This document shows, one piece after another, positions 50,591 to 62,700 of a DNA stretch of 64,000 nt (its first letter is position 1; each line of letters opens with the position of its first letter). The notes under the pieces are model-generated. The model was not told the origin of the DNA, did not search any database, and saw only the letters and a list, made by a program, of their open reading frames with translations. Origin of the DNA: Lophium mytilinum (lineage: Eukaryota); the NCBI GenBank assembly GCA_010093605.1, contig MU004185.1:1013334-1077333 (forward strand), read 5' to 3'. A program made the translations under genes and the position numbers.

Positions 50591-51803
50591 ATGTTCTCTG
50601 CTGTCGCTCCCCTCGCTAGCAGCTTTGCATTGATATTTGGAGGCTGTTGCTCGAATGTAAGTGGTTCTCTGCGCGCTCCCTTCCTCTGCCCTGCTAACCC
50701 ACCTAGGTTTATTGCCTAGAAGCAATCGTGAAGTACGTCATCTGAACGACTTTAATGAGTACCTTAATACTCACATTTGGCAGGCATGAGCCCGACAGTG
50801 GTCTTCTGATTACGTTGTTTCAATTCATTTTCACCACTCTTTTCAGCTTGGGTAACCAACTCGACATCAATGGGAAATACTTCATCAAAGATACCCCCGT
50901 TCCCATGCGGAAATGGGCCTACAGCGCACTTTTGTTCTTCACTGTCAATATGCTGAACAATTGGGCTTTCGCATTCAATATCTCAGTGCCGGTGCATATC
51001 GTTCTCCGAAGCTTCGGTAGCGTCACGACAATGGCGGCCGGATGGCTGCGCGGGAAAAGATATACTACACTTCAGGTCCTGTCGGTTGCTCTACTTTCAG
51101 TCGGAGTCGTGATCTCAGCTTGGGCAGACGCTTCATCAAAGGTAAGACAGCCATTTATTCCCTATATGCGCGAACCGCAGCTCACGGATCATCATAGGGA
51201 AAACCAATGGGCACAACCTCCATCGACTTCAAAAGCGCGTCCTTCGAGACTGGGCTAGCCGTTCTTCTCGTCGCGCAGCTTCTCTCCGCCTACATGGGCG
51301 TCTACGTCGAGGACATCTTCGCCCAGCACGGTAAAGACTGGCAATCGAACCTCTTCTACTCGCATGCTCTCAGTCTTCCCTTGTTCATCCAGTTCTACCC
51401 CTCCATCTACTCACAATACGAGCGCCTAGCCGCCTCCCCCCCATTCCCCGTCTCGATGTCTATGGCGCGGACGCTTCCAGTGGTACTGACGAACTCTCTC
51501 CTTTCGACGCCCGAGGCTGTCATCTATCTCACCGCGAATGCTGTCACGCAGCTGCTGTGCATTACCGGGGTGAACATGCTCAGCGCGAATACTTCGGCTG
51601 TTACGGTCACAATTGTGCTGAACATTCGGAAGCTAGTCAGCTTTTTGGTCAGTGTGTGGCTGTTTGGGAACCCGATGAGCGATATGATGAAGCTGGGTGC
51701 GGCGGTTGTGTTTGGCGCCGGGGCGCTGTATGGATATGAGACTACATATCGGATTCCGTCGAAGAAGAGGGCGGAGAAGGAGAAGGTGAAGAAGGCGAAT
51801 TGA
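50591..51803 (+). CDS. YEA4: UAA-family nucleotide-sugar transporter (YEA4/SLC35B4-like)
   Basis: LIFGGCCSNV, NNWAFAFNISVP.HI..RS, LFYSH.LSLP, LNIRKLVS, and a C-terminal dilysine-like KKAN. Confidence 0.85.
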
Positions 51804-52560
51804 GGGGGATTCAATGGGAAGTCTGTTGGTGGATGAGACGCGTAAGTCCAGATGAGACAGGTTCACTTTCTATCAAAGATTGAGGAGTTTTGTCGCTAGT
51901 AAAAGGGTCTTTTAGGGCTTAGAATTGATAGATATTGGCGTTACGCAGGCATACATAGACACTATATCGTCGCCGATCAAAAGCCCTCGCTTTAGAGTCA
52001 ACTTGTCCTGTGTTTTGCATGATATCTCGAATCAGGCCTCCGCATTAAGTCAATTGTTGCGGAAACGACATGATTGAAGCACTCCAGGCTCTACCTAAAT
52101 AGATAAAATTATTGGATAGCTGCATTGAATTAAATAGTGCTCCTCAACACCTCCGCGCCGGCTTGGAAGGAGATGGAGACCAGAAACCAGATAACGCATT
52201 TTGTAGAACAACCTGTGCCGACAAAAAATTGCCAGAATAGAATCCATCCAATACCGGCAACGTACGCTCGTTACAAAGTACGTATAAAAAGGCCATGGTG
52301 GAGCTCAGGGGTGCGGGGACTAGAACTGACAGGGCGGCGCAGGGGCGTGCGTGGCGCGTCTCCCTGAGAAAGTGGAACTGACCACATAGCCTTTCCGTCC
52401 TTAAACATTCACATTCACCACCCTCTCCCTTCCATCCCACTTGCTGTTCCTGGTCCTGGTATGTACTTCTCTCCAGCCTCTATCTCTTCCGTCAGTACAT
52501 CAACTAACCGCATTGACTTCCATTCAGCTTCCTAGGAGCTGCGGCGCAACCCACTGCACC

Positions 52561-55135
52561 ATGTCTTCTCCCGCCAACGTACGGCAACGGGGCCCAAAGA
52601 ACAAGCGGCCGACCACGCCGAACCCAGAGGCAATTGCGAAAGACGATCTCGAGGTCATTAAAAAGGCCAAGCAGGAGTTCACGACGCCCTCCCATGGCTC
52701 TGAGTGGGATTACAAGCTTGCTATTTCTATAATCACTGTCCTGGCCTTTGTGACCAGGTTTTGGGGCATTCAGCACCCTAACCAGGTGGTCTTCGACGAG
52801 GTGCACTTCGGAAAGGTATGGTTGTGTTCTCTTGCCATATGCGGCTTGTGGCTACAATCCTGCCAGGCACCGTATGAAGTCTTCACGAGCTCCGGCTGAC
52901 ACATAGTAGTTCGCCTCGTATTACCTCCAGCGGACCTATTTTTTCGACGTACACCCTCCCTTTGGAAAGCTCCTCTTTGCCCTCGCCGGCTGGCTGGTGG
53001 GATATGATGGCTCATTCCTGTTTGACAACATTGGTGACTCGTACATCACCAACAATGTTCCTTATGTTGCATACCGGTCGATGCCCGCGCTTATGGGCGC
53101 CCTTACCGTTCCAACTACATTCATGATCATGTGGGAGTCTGGATACTCGTTACCAGCCTGCGTCACGGCGGCCGGCCTGCTCCTGTTCGACAACGCCCAT
53201 ATCGGCCAGACCCGCCTCATACTCTTGGATGCAACTCTCATATTCTTCATGGCCTTGAGCGTGCTCAGCTATGTCCGATTCTACAAGTTGAGGCATATCC
53301 CTTTCACCCGCAAGTGGTGGAAGTGGCTTCTTTTAACTGGAGTCTGCCTAAGCTGCGTCATCTCCACCAAATACGTCGGTGTCTTCACATTCTTTTCCAT
53401 CGGTGTACCCGTCCTGATTGATCTCTGGGATCTCATGGACGTCAACCGCCGGCAGGGAACACTGACTCTTAGAGAGTTCACCAATCATTTCCTGGCCCGA
53501 GCCGTTGCTCTGATAATTGTCCCCTTTTTCTTATATCTTTTCTGGTTCCAGGTCCACTTCACCATTCTCTCTCGTTCCGGTCCAGGCGATGACTTTATGA
53601 GTCCTGAGTTCCAAGAGACTCTGAGCGATAACATTATGACGACCCAGGCCGTTCCCATTGATTACTACGATTTCCTTACCCTGCGGCACAAGGAGACCAA
53701 AGTCTATCTTCACAGCCATCCTGACAAGTATCCTCTTAGGTACGACGATGGTCGCATTTCTAGCCAAGGACAGCAGGTGACCGGCTACCCACACAATGAC
53801 ACCAACAACCAATGGCAGATTGTTCCGACCAAGGACCTCCAAGGCACTGGCCACCGCGTCAAGAATGGAGATCTCATCCGTCTAAAGCACCAAATTACAG
53901 ACACCTTTCTGATGTCGCATGATGTGGCATCTCCATATCACCCAACCAACCAAGAATTCACGACTATCGGCATCGAAGAAGGTAACGCAGATCGTTACAA
54001 CGACACGTTATTCGAGCTCAAGATCGAGAACGGCAAATTGGGACAGGAATTCAAAACTATGTCTTCCCATTTCAAACTAATTCATTTCCCTTCTAAGGTT
54101 GCTATGTGGACCCATACTACGCCCCTCCCGGACTGGGCATACAAGCAAGCTGAGATTAACGGCAACAAGAACCTTCAGCAATCCAGCAACATCTGGTTCG
54201 CCGAGGAGATCCCATCACTCGCACCTGGTGTTGAACGCGCCAAACATGAGGCGAAGAAGATCAAGCACGTGCCTTTCTTGAAGAAATATTTCGAGCTCCA
54301 ACGTGCGATGTTCTTCCATAACAACGCTCTCACCAGCAGCCACCCCTACTCCAGCTTCCCTGTCGCATGGCCTTTCCTCCTCCGTGGCGTGTCCTTCTGG
54401 ACCGACAACGACACGAGGCAGCAAATCTACTTCCTCGGCAACCCCCTCGGCTGGTGGTTAGCCAGCAGTCTCCTCGCCGTCTTCGCAGGTATAATCGGCG
54501 CCGACCAGCTCGCGCTCCGCCGCGGCATCGACGCTTTAGATGAGCGTAAGTCAACCCCTCTCTCCTTCTTCTACTACTCGTCTCGTCGTTCCAGTTGTCG
54601 CTTTTTGGGCTTGTTTACGTTTCCGAATGCTGTCGCTACTCGTTTCAATCGTCTTTATCGTCCGCGACCTACAATCACATATCTGACTCATCTCTGGAAT
54701 CCAGGCACGCGCTCCCGCCTCTACAACTCGACGGGCTTCTTCTTCCTCACCTGGGCTGCCCACTACGTTCCGTTCTTCATCATGGGGCGTCAGCTGTTCT
54801 TGCACCACTACCTCCCTGCGCATCTTGCGTCTGCGCTTGTAACAGGCGCGCTGGTGGAGTTCATCTTCAACATCGAGCCCATGATCGTCGATGGCGAGAC
54901 GCTCACGACCGACGGCAAGAAGGGCAAGAAGGCGGAGAAGCGAAGCCGGCCCGTGCGCGAACGGTTGGGCACGCAGACGCTGTTTGCGAGCTGGGCCGCT
55001 ACTGGTGTCATCATGGCGCTGGTGATCTGGAGTTTCCTGTTCTTCGCGCCGTTGACGTATGGGAAACCCGGGTTGACGGTGGACCAAGTGGTGGCGCGGA
55101 AGTGGCTGGCGTATGATTTGCATTTTGCGAAATAA
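52561..55135 (+). CDS. PMT4: Dolichyl-phosphate-mannose protein O-mannosyltransferase, PMT4 subfamily
   Basis: [27 protein letters not shown], MIR domains and RQLFLHHYLP. Introns at ~52817-52908 and 54546-54704. Confidence 0.9.
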
Positions 55136-55674
55136 GAGGCTTTGACGAAGATTGTTGACGTGCTGCAGCAGATGGGAAATGCCTTGCCGTCAAGGGGGTA
55201 GATGGGGAGAGAGATGGGGGCGGTGTACTGAGATGGCTTCTGCTTAGAGTGGTTGTTGGTGTTGGGCGAGGGTCTCGTGCTACTGTTCTGGACGGTTGGT
55301 TCTCTAGGGCGGGTGCTATTTTTCCTTGAGTTTGATTAAGTGCAGTAGGAATGGTTGGGTTTCAGGTGGGTGGTTGTACCATAGGCATTGGAGTCTGATG
55401 AAGAAAAGCGCTTGAACTCTTGGATCTTACTTCTTGCATATCCTGCTCGTGCCGTACCAATCCTTGGAATCCTTCACTATAGCATGATCTGCCCAGAGAT
55501 ATGTTCGCCAGTGGGTGTGAAGCAGGACAGAGCGGAGTTTCCAGTCAAGTTGTTGTAGATGTGGTGTGGTTGGAACAAATCAGTCAATGGGCAGATGTGT
55601 GTCATAGGACTGTAGCGGCGGCGCCTAGGGGGCTATAGTAAGTGTAGAATGTATTATAGGTAGCAGCTTAGTTA

Positions 55675-56138
55675 TCACCCCCGTTTCTTTATGTATAAGC
55701 CCCCTATATTTGGCTTAGTTCCGGCTTGGAACGACTTTGTCACACTAATTAGAAGCTGACTTACAAATCTTTATTGTGGAATCTACATTGACCTACCTCC
55801 TTACTGTACACCTCCAAGCTCCCCTTCAGGGCCGCTACGCATCTATAGAGGAGAGGATGGAGTCGACTAGCTTGTGGTGAAGGACCTGGCATGAGAAGTT
55901 TAGTCACGCTTGGAAATTCTAGCTTTAGAAGTAGCTATGTAAGCACTTTTCATCATGTTGGCAGCCTGTAAGTGGCGGGCGTATAGGCGTACCTATAAGG
56001 CTAGAGTAGAAGGGCTGGCTTAGCTGTTGATTATGGGTCGTGGTGTGGGCCTAACGCTTTATTTGTGGAACAAAGTTGTTATGGCCGTAGCCAAGCCAAA
56101 TCGAAGGGGGGCCTAATACATAAAGAAAAGGGTGGTGA
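55675..56138. mobile_element. MITE-like non-autonomous DNA element (~464 bp) with long imperfect TIRs and TA flanks
   Basis: The left end tcacccccgtttctttatgtataagccccctatatttggctt matches the reverse complement of the right end, tcaccacccttttctttatgtattaggccccccttcgatttggctt, over ~85 bp. TA on both sides and no ORF. Confidence 0.75.
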
Positions 56139-56477
56139 TAATGCAGGTGCTCCTGCTATGGAGATAGAGAGGCAGGCGGTGTTTATTCAAGTTCGCAGCT
56201 CCCTATATAGAAGGAGCGATTGGAATTAGTAAATAAATTAAGGGGGTAAGTTGGAAGCTCAAGAGCAGTAATCCAAGCCAATTAGAAGGTGGAAAGTCAC
56301 CGGGGGCAGGCGTAGTACCTGGCGTGAAAAGAGGGTATAATTGTAGTAATCAAGGGGCGTATATTTGGTAGCGCCCGGATAGAATGAGGTTTTGCTCTTG
56401 TCATCATACGTTAATGATCCCATTTTAGACTCGTCCCTAAAAGCTTACGCGAAAGCTTAGAAACGCTAACTTCGGCG

Positions 56478-57854
56478 CTATGATTCCTTCATCGTTGTCT
56501 TCATCCTCTCCACATACTCATCCGCGTCTTCCCCAATAAGCCTAAACCCCAACCTCACCATTTCGCGCGTCAGCTCCTCTCCCATCCCATCAAAAACAGC
56601 AATCTTCTCCAGGGCTGCGTATATCCTTGACGCAGGTCCATCCAGCGTCTCCGCGATCGACCTTTGCAACGGACGCCCTTTGCCAGCCAGAGCTTCTTCC
56701 GCCGCCTCAAAGCTGTGCCGGTAAGACGCCCGTGCTTTCACGTGACGCTGCACGTTCCGATGCGCCACGCCGCCCGGACTGCTCAGGATCTGTTCAATCT
56801 CCGCATCGGATGAGATGAGTGGGAACGGCATGGGATAGTGGTTCACCTCCACCGGAGCGGACTGGGCGAATTCCCAGTCAATGACAGCAAGAAAGTTGAA
56901 GGCATCGTCGACGAGGATGTTTTGCGTGCCCATGTCCATGTGGTTGAGGTGGAACGGCCCCGTGTTGCCGGGACCTTTGAACAAGTCTGTATGCTGGACG
57001 ATATCGCGGAAAATGAAGGGGCCAAGGACTGTATAGATGTCTGCCTCTTCTTCGTCGTCGTCTTCAGCACTCTTAGATGCCTCGAGATACCTGGCATTGC
57101 CAACAGCTGTGAAATACTCGTGGGCGCTGAGGAATGGTCCCGCGGCCTCGAAGCCCTCGGCGGCGGCTGAAGCCAATTTTCCAATCGTAGGTCCGGTTTC
57201 TGCGGTGAATTGGGCGATTGAGCCGATTGTTGGGAAGGAGAAGCTCGCCAGCTCTGCTTGGATTGATGTCCATTGAGTAAGGATATGCTCTTGATCTTGA
57301 ATCTATATACCGAAACATTAGCTACAGAAGTGCCAAGAAGTTTCCGAACATAATAGTCTTACGGGAAGATCGCAGATGTCGAATTTCACATCCTGTAATG
57401 TATTCCCATAGAAGCCCTCAATCAGCATATAGCATGCACCAACATCAGTAGCTTGCTGAGAGCCCGGAGTTGCATACGCGTATAAGCAGGGGGACGGCAC
57501 GCTCGTGATTCGTTCGTGCACGAATTGCATAGTTGCGACTTCGCATTCAATGGCATACAGCTCGGACTCGTCGCTGACACGTTCATTACTCTCTGGATGC
57601 CGTGGAAGTCTTACGCGAGCGATCACGAGGCTTTCATCCGATAGGATAAACTCGAAGCAGCACCAAAACTGGCCGGCAGAAAAGGGTTCGCTCATTGTTG
57701 TTGCTTTGCCCGTGACTTGCTCGACATGCTTCAGCAGCGCGGATTTGTCAATGCTGCTCATGAAGAGTTCCAGCCGCTCTTTCATTCCATCATAGTCCCA
57801 TGAATCATATGACGTCCAATTTGTGCTAGGGCATCGCTTTGTGATGGGTGCCAT
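56478..57854 (-). CDS. Aminoglycoside phosphotransferase-like (APH / kinase-like) protein
   Basis: IARVRLP, EVATM, P.P.LY, a Brenner-type HMDMGTQNILVD motif and VIDWE. One intron at ~57303-57362. Confidence 0.82.
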
Positions 57855-58688
57855 CTTGGAAATAGTGGTATCAAGAGATGTGAGGGTTTGGCAGGTGAAA
57901 ATGTTGAAGACAGGTGCAAGGTGTCGGAGGAGACTCATGCAATGAGAGGATAAATGCACGGTCCTTGCCCTTGCTTCGCCTCACTTTCTCTCTTCATTCA
58001 GCACTTCCACACAAGCCTCACAACCTTGAAGCTGCGGCCCCATTTACCTAACCTTAGGCGCCCAGGCATGCAAATTGAGGTCTCGGTACATACTCTAGGC
58101 GAAAAATTCAACCGTGTGACCTCCAAGGCAAGTACAAGACGCGCCGCATTCTCTCTTCCAGCGGTTATGATAGACCCATATTTCTGTAATCACTCGTTCA
58201 TTCTGTTTTTTTGGGCCCACAAAACTGTGCCTCAATATGAAGAGGGGTTTCGCAAGCGTTTTTCCGAGACCTCATTTTCCAATCAATCCTCAGAGCATGA
58301 CGAGTCGCAAGTAAGGTTTGCTGTGCCGCAGCGGCTGCCCACGTATCTGACACTACGACCCCCGTATCAAGCGTACCATTCGGTAGGCGGAGCCCTTCAT
58401 TGGGCTACTAAATACGTCCTCTCCAGTCTTTCCTGCACGCGCGCGCGCTCTTATCACGCTTCGCTATCTGTTGCTCTCGAGGCGTAGTTCACTTTGCGGC
58501 ACAGTGATAGCATCAGGAGGGTGGTGACTACGATCTGTTTCTAGGCAGCAAACCCAAATGTATATATATGTCCCTCACAGACTCCCATAAGTGTCAAGCC
58601 AGACAACGATCAACTGCACACTCTTCAATCAAATCCCCAGCCCAAAATCTTTACAATCATCTCATCTACTACACCAGCAACAACCACC

Positions 58689-58902
58689 ATGGCCAACCAA
58701 ATCCAAGCTCCCACTGCCAATACTGCTGTGGTCCAAGTCCCCGCCGTTGGCTTGGGCAAGTCCTCCAACAACCAGAGTTGGTGCTCCAAATGCAAGACCG
58801 CGTACGCCAGGGGAACTAGCCACACTTGCAGGTGCGTAGGATCCTGCCTCTAGCGAAGATTTCTATGTTTGAGATGCTTACAAGTCACACTACAACAGTT
58901 AG
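58689..58902 (+). CDS. Candidate 48-aa microprotein with CxxC-x9-HxC motif
   Basis: TATATATA at ~58561, an ACCACCATGG start context, and an intron GTGCGT(58832)...GCTTAC...ACAG(58898). Translation: MANQIQAPTANTAVVQVPAVGLGKSSNNQSWCSKCKTAYARGTSHTCS*. Confidence 0.55.
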
Positions 58903-59769
58903 ATTACCTCTGTGGATGGGAAGTCACCTTTTCATATCGATTTGGTGGCTAGCCTACAACTGGGCGAATGACCATGAAGGCGGAGATTGCAGAGAGAATG
59001 CCGCAAAGGTAGATGAGGAATTGGACGTTAAGAGGCATGCAGGCCTATGGAAACCCCACGCTCGCTCTTTAATTTTACCGTTTCTTGCTATGTGTGCTTG
59101 TATTAGCATTTCTATCACTCCAGTACTTCAATTATCACTCCTGCCTTGCGAAGGAGCTCGAGCCTGGCAGTCTTGCAAATCGCTTCAATTGCAGTGATAC
59201 ATATCTTGAGTCACAGTGACACGGCTCCCTTTCTCTCTCATCATCACCGTAGATCTTGACATCAAGATCTCGACAGGGTGTATTAGCTACTATGATCATT
59301 AACAATGATCCAGCTATGCCTACTGCGTGCGGATGCATATAACAGTACATAATAAAAGTAACTGCCCGGAGACTTCTCCAGTCTCTCCGAGCTAATTAGA
59401 AGTGGTAAAGTGCCCCGGGAAGGGGCCAAAAGGAGAACACGCTGGGAGTTGGAGGGGACCGGAGGTAGCCAGAAAGGGAAGACTAACCCAAGGGGAAAGG
59501 GGTTGTTTGTTCCTCCCGAGCTTAGAAAAGACTGTTTAAGGATTCTTCAAACCTGATTACAGGCATCTTACACGGCAAACACGTGGCCTCTGCAAGGTGC
59601 GATTAATTTTCAACCCACAAAACATATGTCTGGGCCGAAACCGCTATCTCGTCCCCCTCATGCCCTTCTCCGTACAAGACGAACTACTATCACATGGCAA
59701 GTTTCCCGCTCCCGAATCTTCCCGACGAACAAGCGGTGTAGAGGGATGGTTGAGGCATGTGAGGCATTA

Positions 59770-62700
59770 CACGTCACTCGTCACACGCTCGACTGCTTAC
59801 TCACCCTCCGATTTCCTTTCTCCCCAGGGTATATAACCTCGTCTCCCGCCGTTCTGGACTTCTTTCTTCAGGGTGGAGAGGAGAGGGGATAGGGGGATCA
59901 AAGCATACACCGCAATGGTTGATGCGGAGTTGGGGGATCAAACCCATTTTTCGACGTTCATATGGGTCTGATCAACTCGATGCCGTATTCATTTCGATGG
60001 TGCTGTGTCTCGGTCCTTCTCTGCAGATTCAAAGGCTCTGGCCTGGAATGGAGGTGGAAGTGGAGGTGGAAAAGGATTTGGAGGAGGATGGGGGATCAAG
60101 CAATGACCTGGAATGTCTAATGTTGGGTTAGAGGTTCAAATCCGCTGTTCGGCCTTGACATAAGGGTCTGGTCAACTTTGGAGAAGGATTCCGATTATGG
60201 CGCTGTGTCTTGGTCTGTCTCTGCAAAAGAAAGAACTCTGACTTGGTTTGGAGGTGGAGGTGGAAGAGGGTTTGGAGACGTGTGGATCAAAGGAAGAGAA
60301 AACTCTACTGCATGGGGAGTTTGGGGATCAAACCATTAGGATGACCATCCGATGAATCCTGTCAACATCGTCATCATCAATGCGGGGCTATGGCGCTGTG
60401 TCTCGGTCCTTCCCTGTAACACAGTAACGTATCTACCACGAATGGAGATATAGGTGGATCTGGAGAAGGATTTGGAGGAGGTTGGGGGATCAAAACATAC
60501 ATAATGCATCACCATGGGGAGTTCGGAGATCAGATCACTATGGTATCCGAGAGAAATGAGTTTTGTCAACACCGTCATCATCAATTCTGGGACATGGCTA
60601 TGTCTTGGTCCTCTTCTTCAAAACCTGCATATCCAAGGCGAAATGGAGGTGGAAGGGGGAAGTGGAAGTAGAGGCGGAGGAGGACGGGGCTTCAAAACGC
60701 AGACAAGAGGATATTATGGGGATTTAGGGAATCAAATCGGTGTGGGAAGAAGAGTATGAGTCTTGTCAAGATCTCCCGCAAAGCTTTCGATGGCGCTGTG
60801 TCTCGGGTCCTCGTCTGCAAAAACAAAATGCTATCGAAATGGCATGGAGGTGGAGGTGATTTTGGAGAAAGACTTCCAGGAGGATGGGGGATCAAAACAT
60901 TCCAGTTATACAGCTGATGAGTCCTGTCGACCTTTCTCTGGACTGATTTCCATGGCGCTGTGTCTCGGTCTCCATTTCCAAAACCGTCGCCAGAACTACG
61001 ATATGGCTGTGGGAAGCGGCTTTGGGAGACGATGGGCGCCTAGAACAACGGCAGAAACAGCCGCATAGGGAGGTGCGGTATCAAACGTACCTAGATTCCA
61101 GCCCATGAGTCTCGTTAACAGCGGTTTCAGCTCACACCGACGGCGCTGGGTCTCAGTTCTCGTGTCCAAAAATGCTACTGTAAACTTTCTGATGGGAGTA
61201 GAAGGTGGCTTTGGAGGACGATGGGAGTCAACCGCCCGGGAAAAGCGTTTGTATGGGGAGATGGAAGATCAAGTCAGAAATCCTTTCGGTTGCATGAGTC
61301 GTGTCAAGAAGTGCATTTCGACTTCGAAATGGCGCTGTCTTGGTCCTCGTCTGCAAAACAACGAGATACTACATCCGATGGGTGTGGGAGTTGGTGTTTG
61401 GAGGGCGATAAAAAGTCCAAATCAAGGGCAATACGGAGAAGATAGCCTTCGTATGGGGAAGATGGCGATCAAACCAGTCATGATACTCAATCTATGAGTC
61501 GTGTCAAATTACGATTAAACACCTTGTAATGCCGCTGTGTCTCGGTCCTCGTGTTCACAATCGCTAGCTGAGCGAGTCTATGGGGGATCGGAGTGGGGTT
61601 GGAAGACGGAGCGTTATTCAAACTCCTTCCATCTCGTTCTTAAATGGAGTGTGGCGGAGAGTCCTGGTTGAAAGAAGGAAGGGGGTTTATTAGTGTGTAC
61701 AAGGAACTAGGAGGCGGTCGAAGCCATGCGGCTGCATACTCACCCTGAGTTCTTCTATCCTTTGGGATAGAGCTTTCAGCGCAATGCTCTAGAACTCTTC
61801 TGTTCATCATAGGAGGGAGGAGGACGGAGGATTGAAATAGAGTACTCTGATTCAGTAATGTGCGTCGTCGGAACTCTCGGGTGGCGAATCCGATGGTGCT
61901 GTAGCTCCGTCCTCGTGTTCCAGCGCTGCATGGAAAAATGGCCTATGTGGAGGTGAAGTTGGAGGACTGACATATTCACACCCATCCCACCCCAAGACTT
62001 ATGGTGCGGAGCTCGAAGTTGGAGAACAGAGAAAGGAGAATAAAATGAGTATGCAAAGGATGCCGTGCGCACAGGATGTATCGCGCCTCGAAGCTTGGTA
62101 AATGGCCCGACTTTGGTTTATCTTCTGAGACATGAGAGCTCTGTAGCAACAGTTGTAAGCTTTCTTTCTCATGGGAAAGCAGAATTGAAGGAAAACCAGT
62201 TTTAAATGGGCAGATGGCAGCTGCATGGCTGCACTGTCAAAGCAAGGCCAAAATCCGGGCATGGCTCTGGAGGTGGGATTTTGTGTTCAAATAGGATCTT
62301 GCAAGAAAATTATGTGGAGGTAGAGGTGAGATCAACAACCTCAGCTGAAGAATACGATGGTGCGAGCAGTGTGCAGCATCGTAAACAAAAAGGAGTGGTT
62401 CATTATGTGAGCTGTAACGCGCAGACTCGTGCGGACTCATGGAAGCTTTCTGGGGAGAAAAGCCAAGAGTTTGATATCTGTTATGGTATTCTTCCTCGGG
62501 GGAACCTCTTCGGTTGGCGTGTCAAAAACCTCTACGTCTTTGCCGAATGGGTGCGTTGTCAAATATGAGATGGAAGTCTAGAATGGATCTGTGGTCTGGT
62601 TGGCGTGTTCAACACAAAGATGGGAAACGTGATATGTAGAGCTGGGGGAATGAAGTCTGGTGCCGAGAGCAAAGCATGGTGGAGAGGGAGGAAGAAGAGG

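Noticed and set aside
59919..61497. Short ORFs sharing SMALCLGP / MEVEV as a repeat protein or RiPP precursor
   Set aside because: Unit lengths are often not multiples of 3 and stops interrupt the frames. There is no signal peptide or regular KR/Kex2 pattern, so the ORFs are by-products of the DNA repeat.
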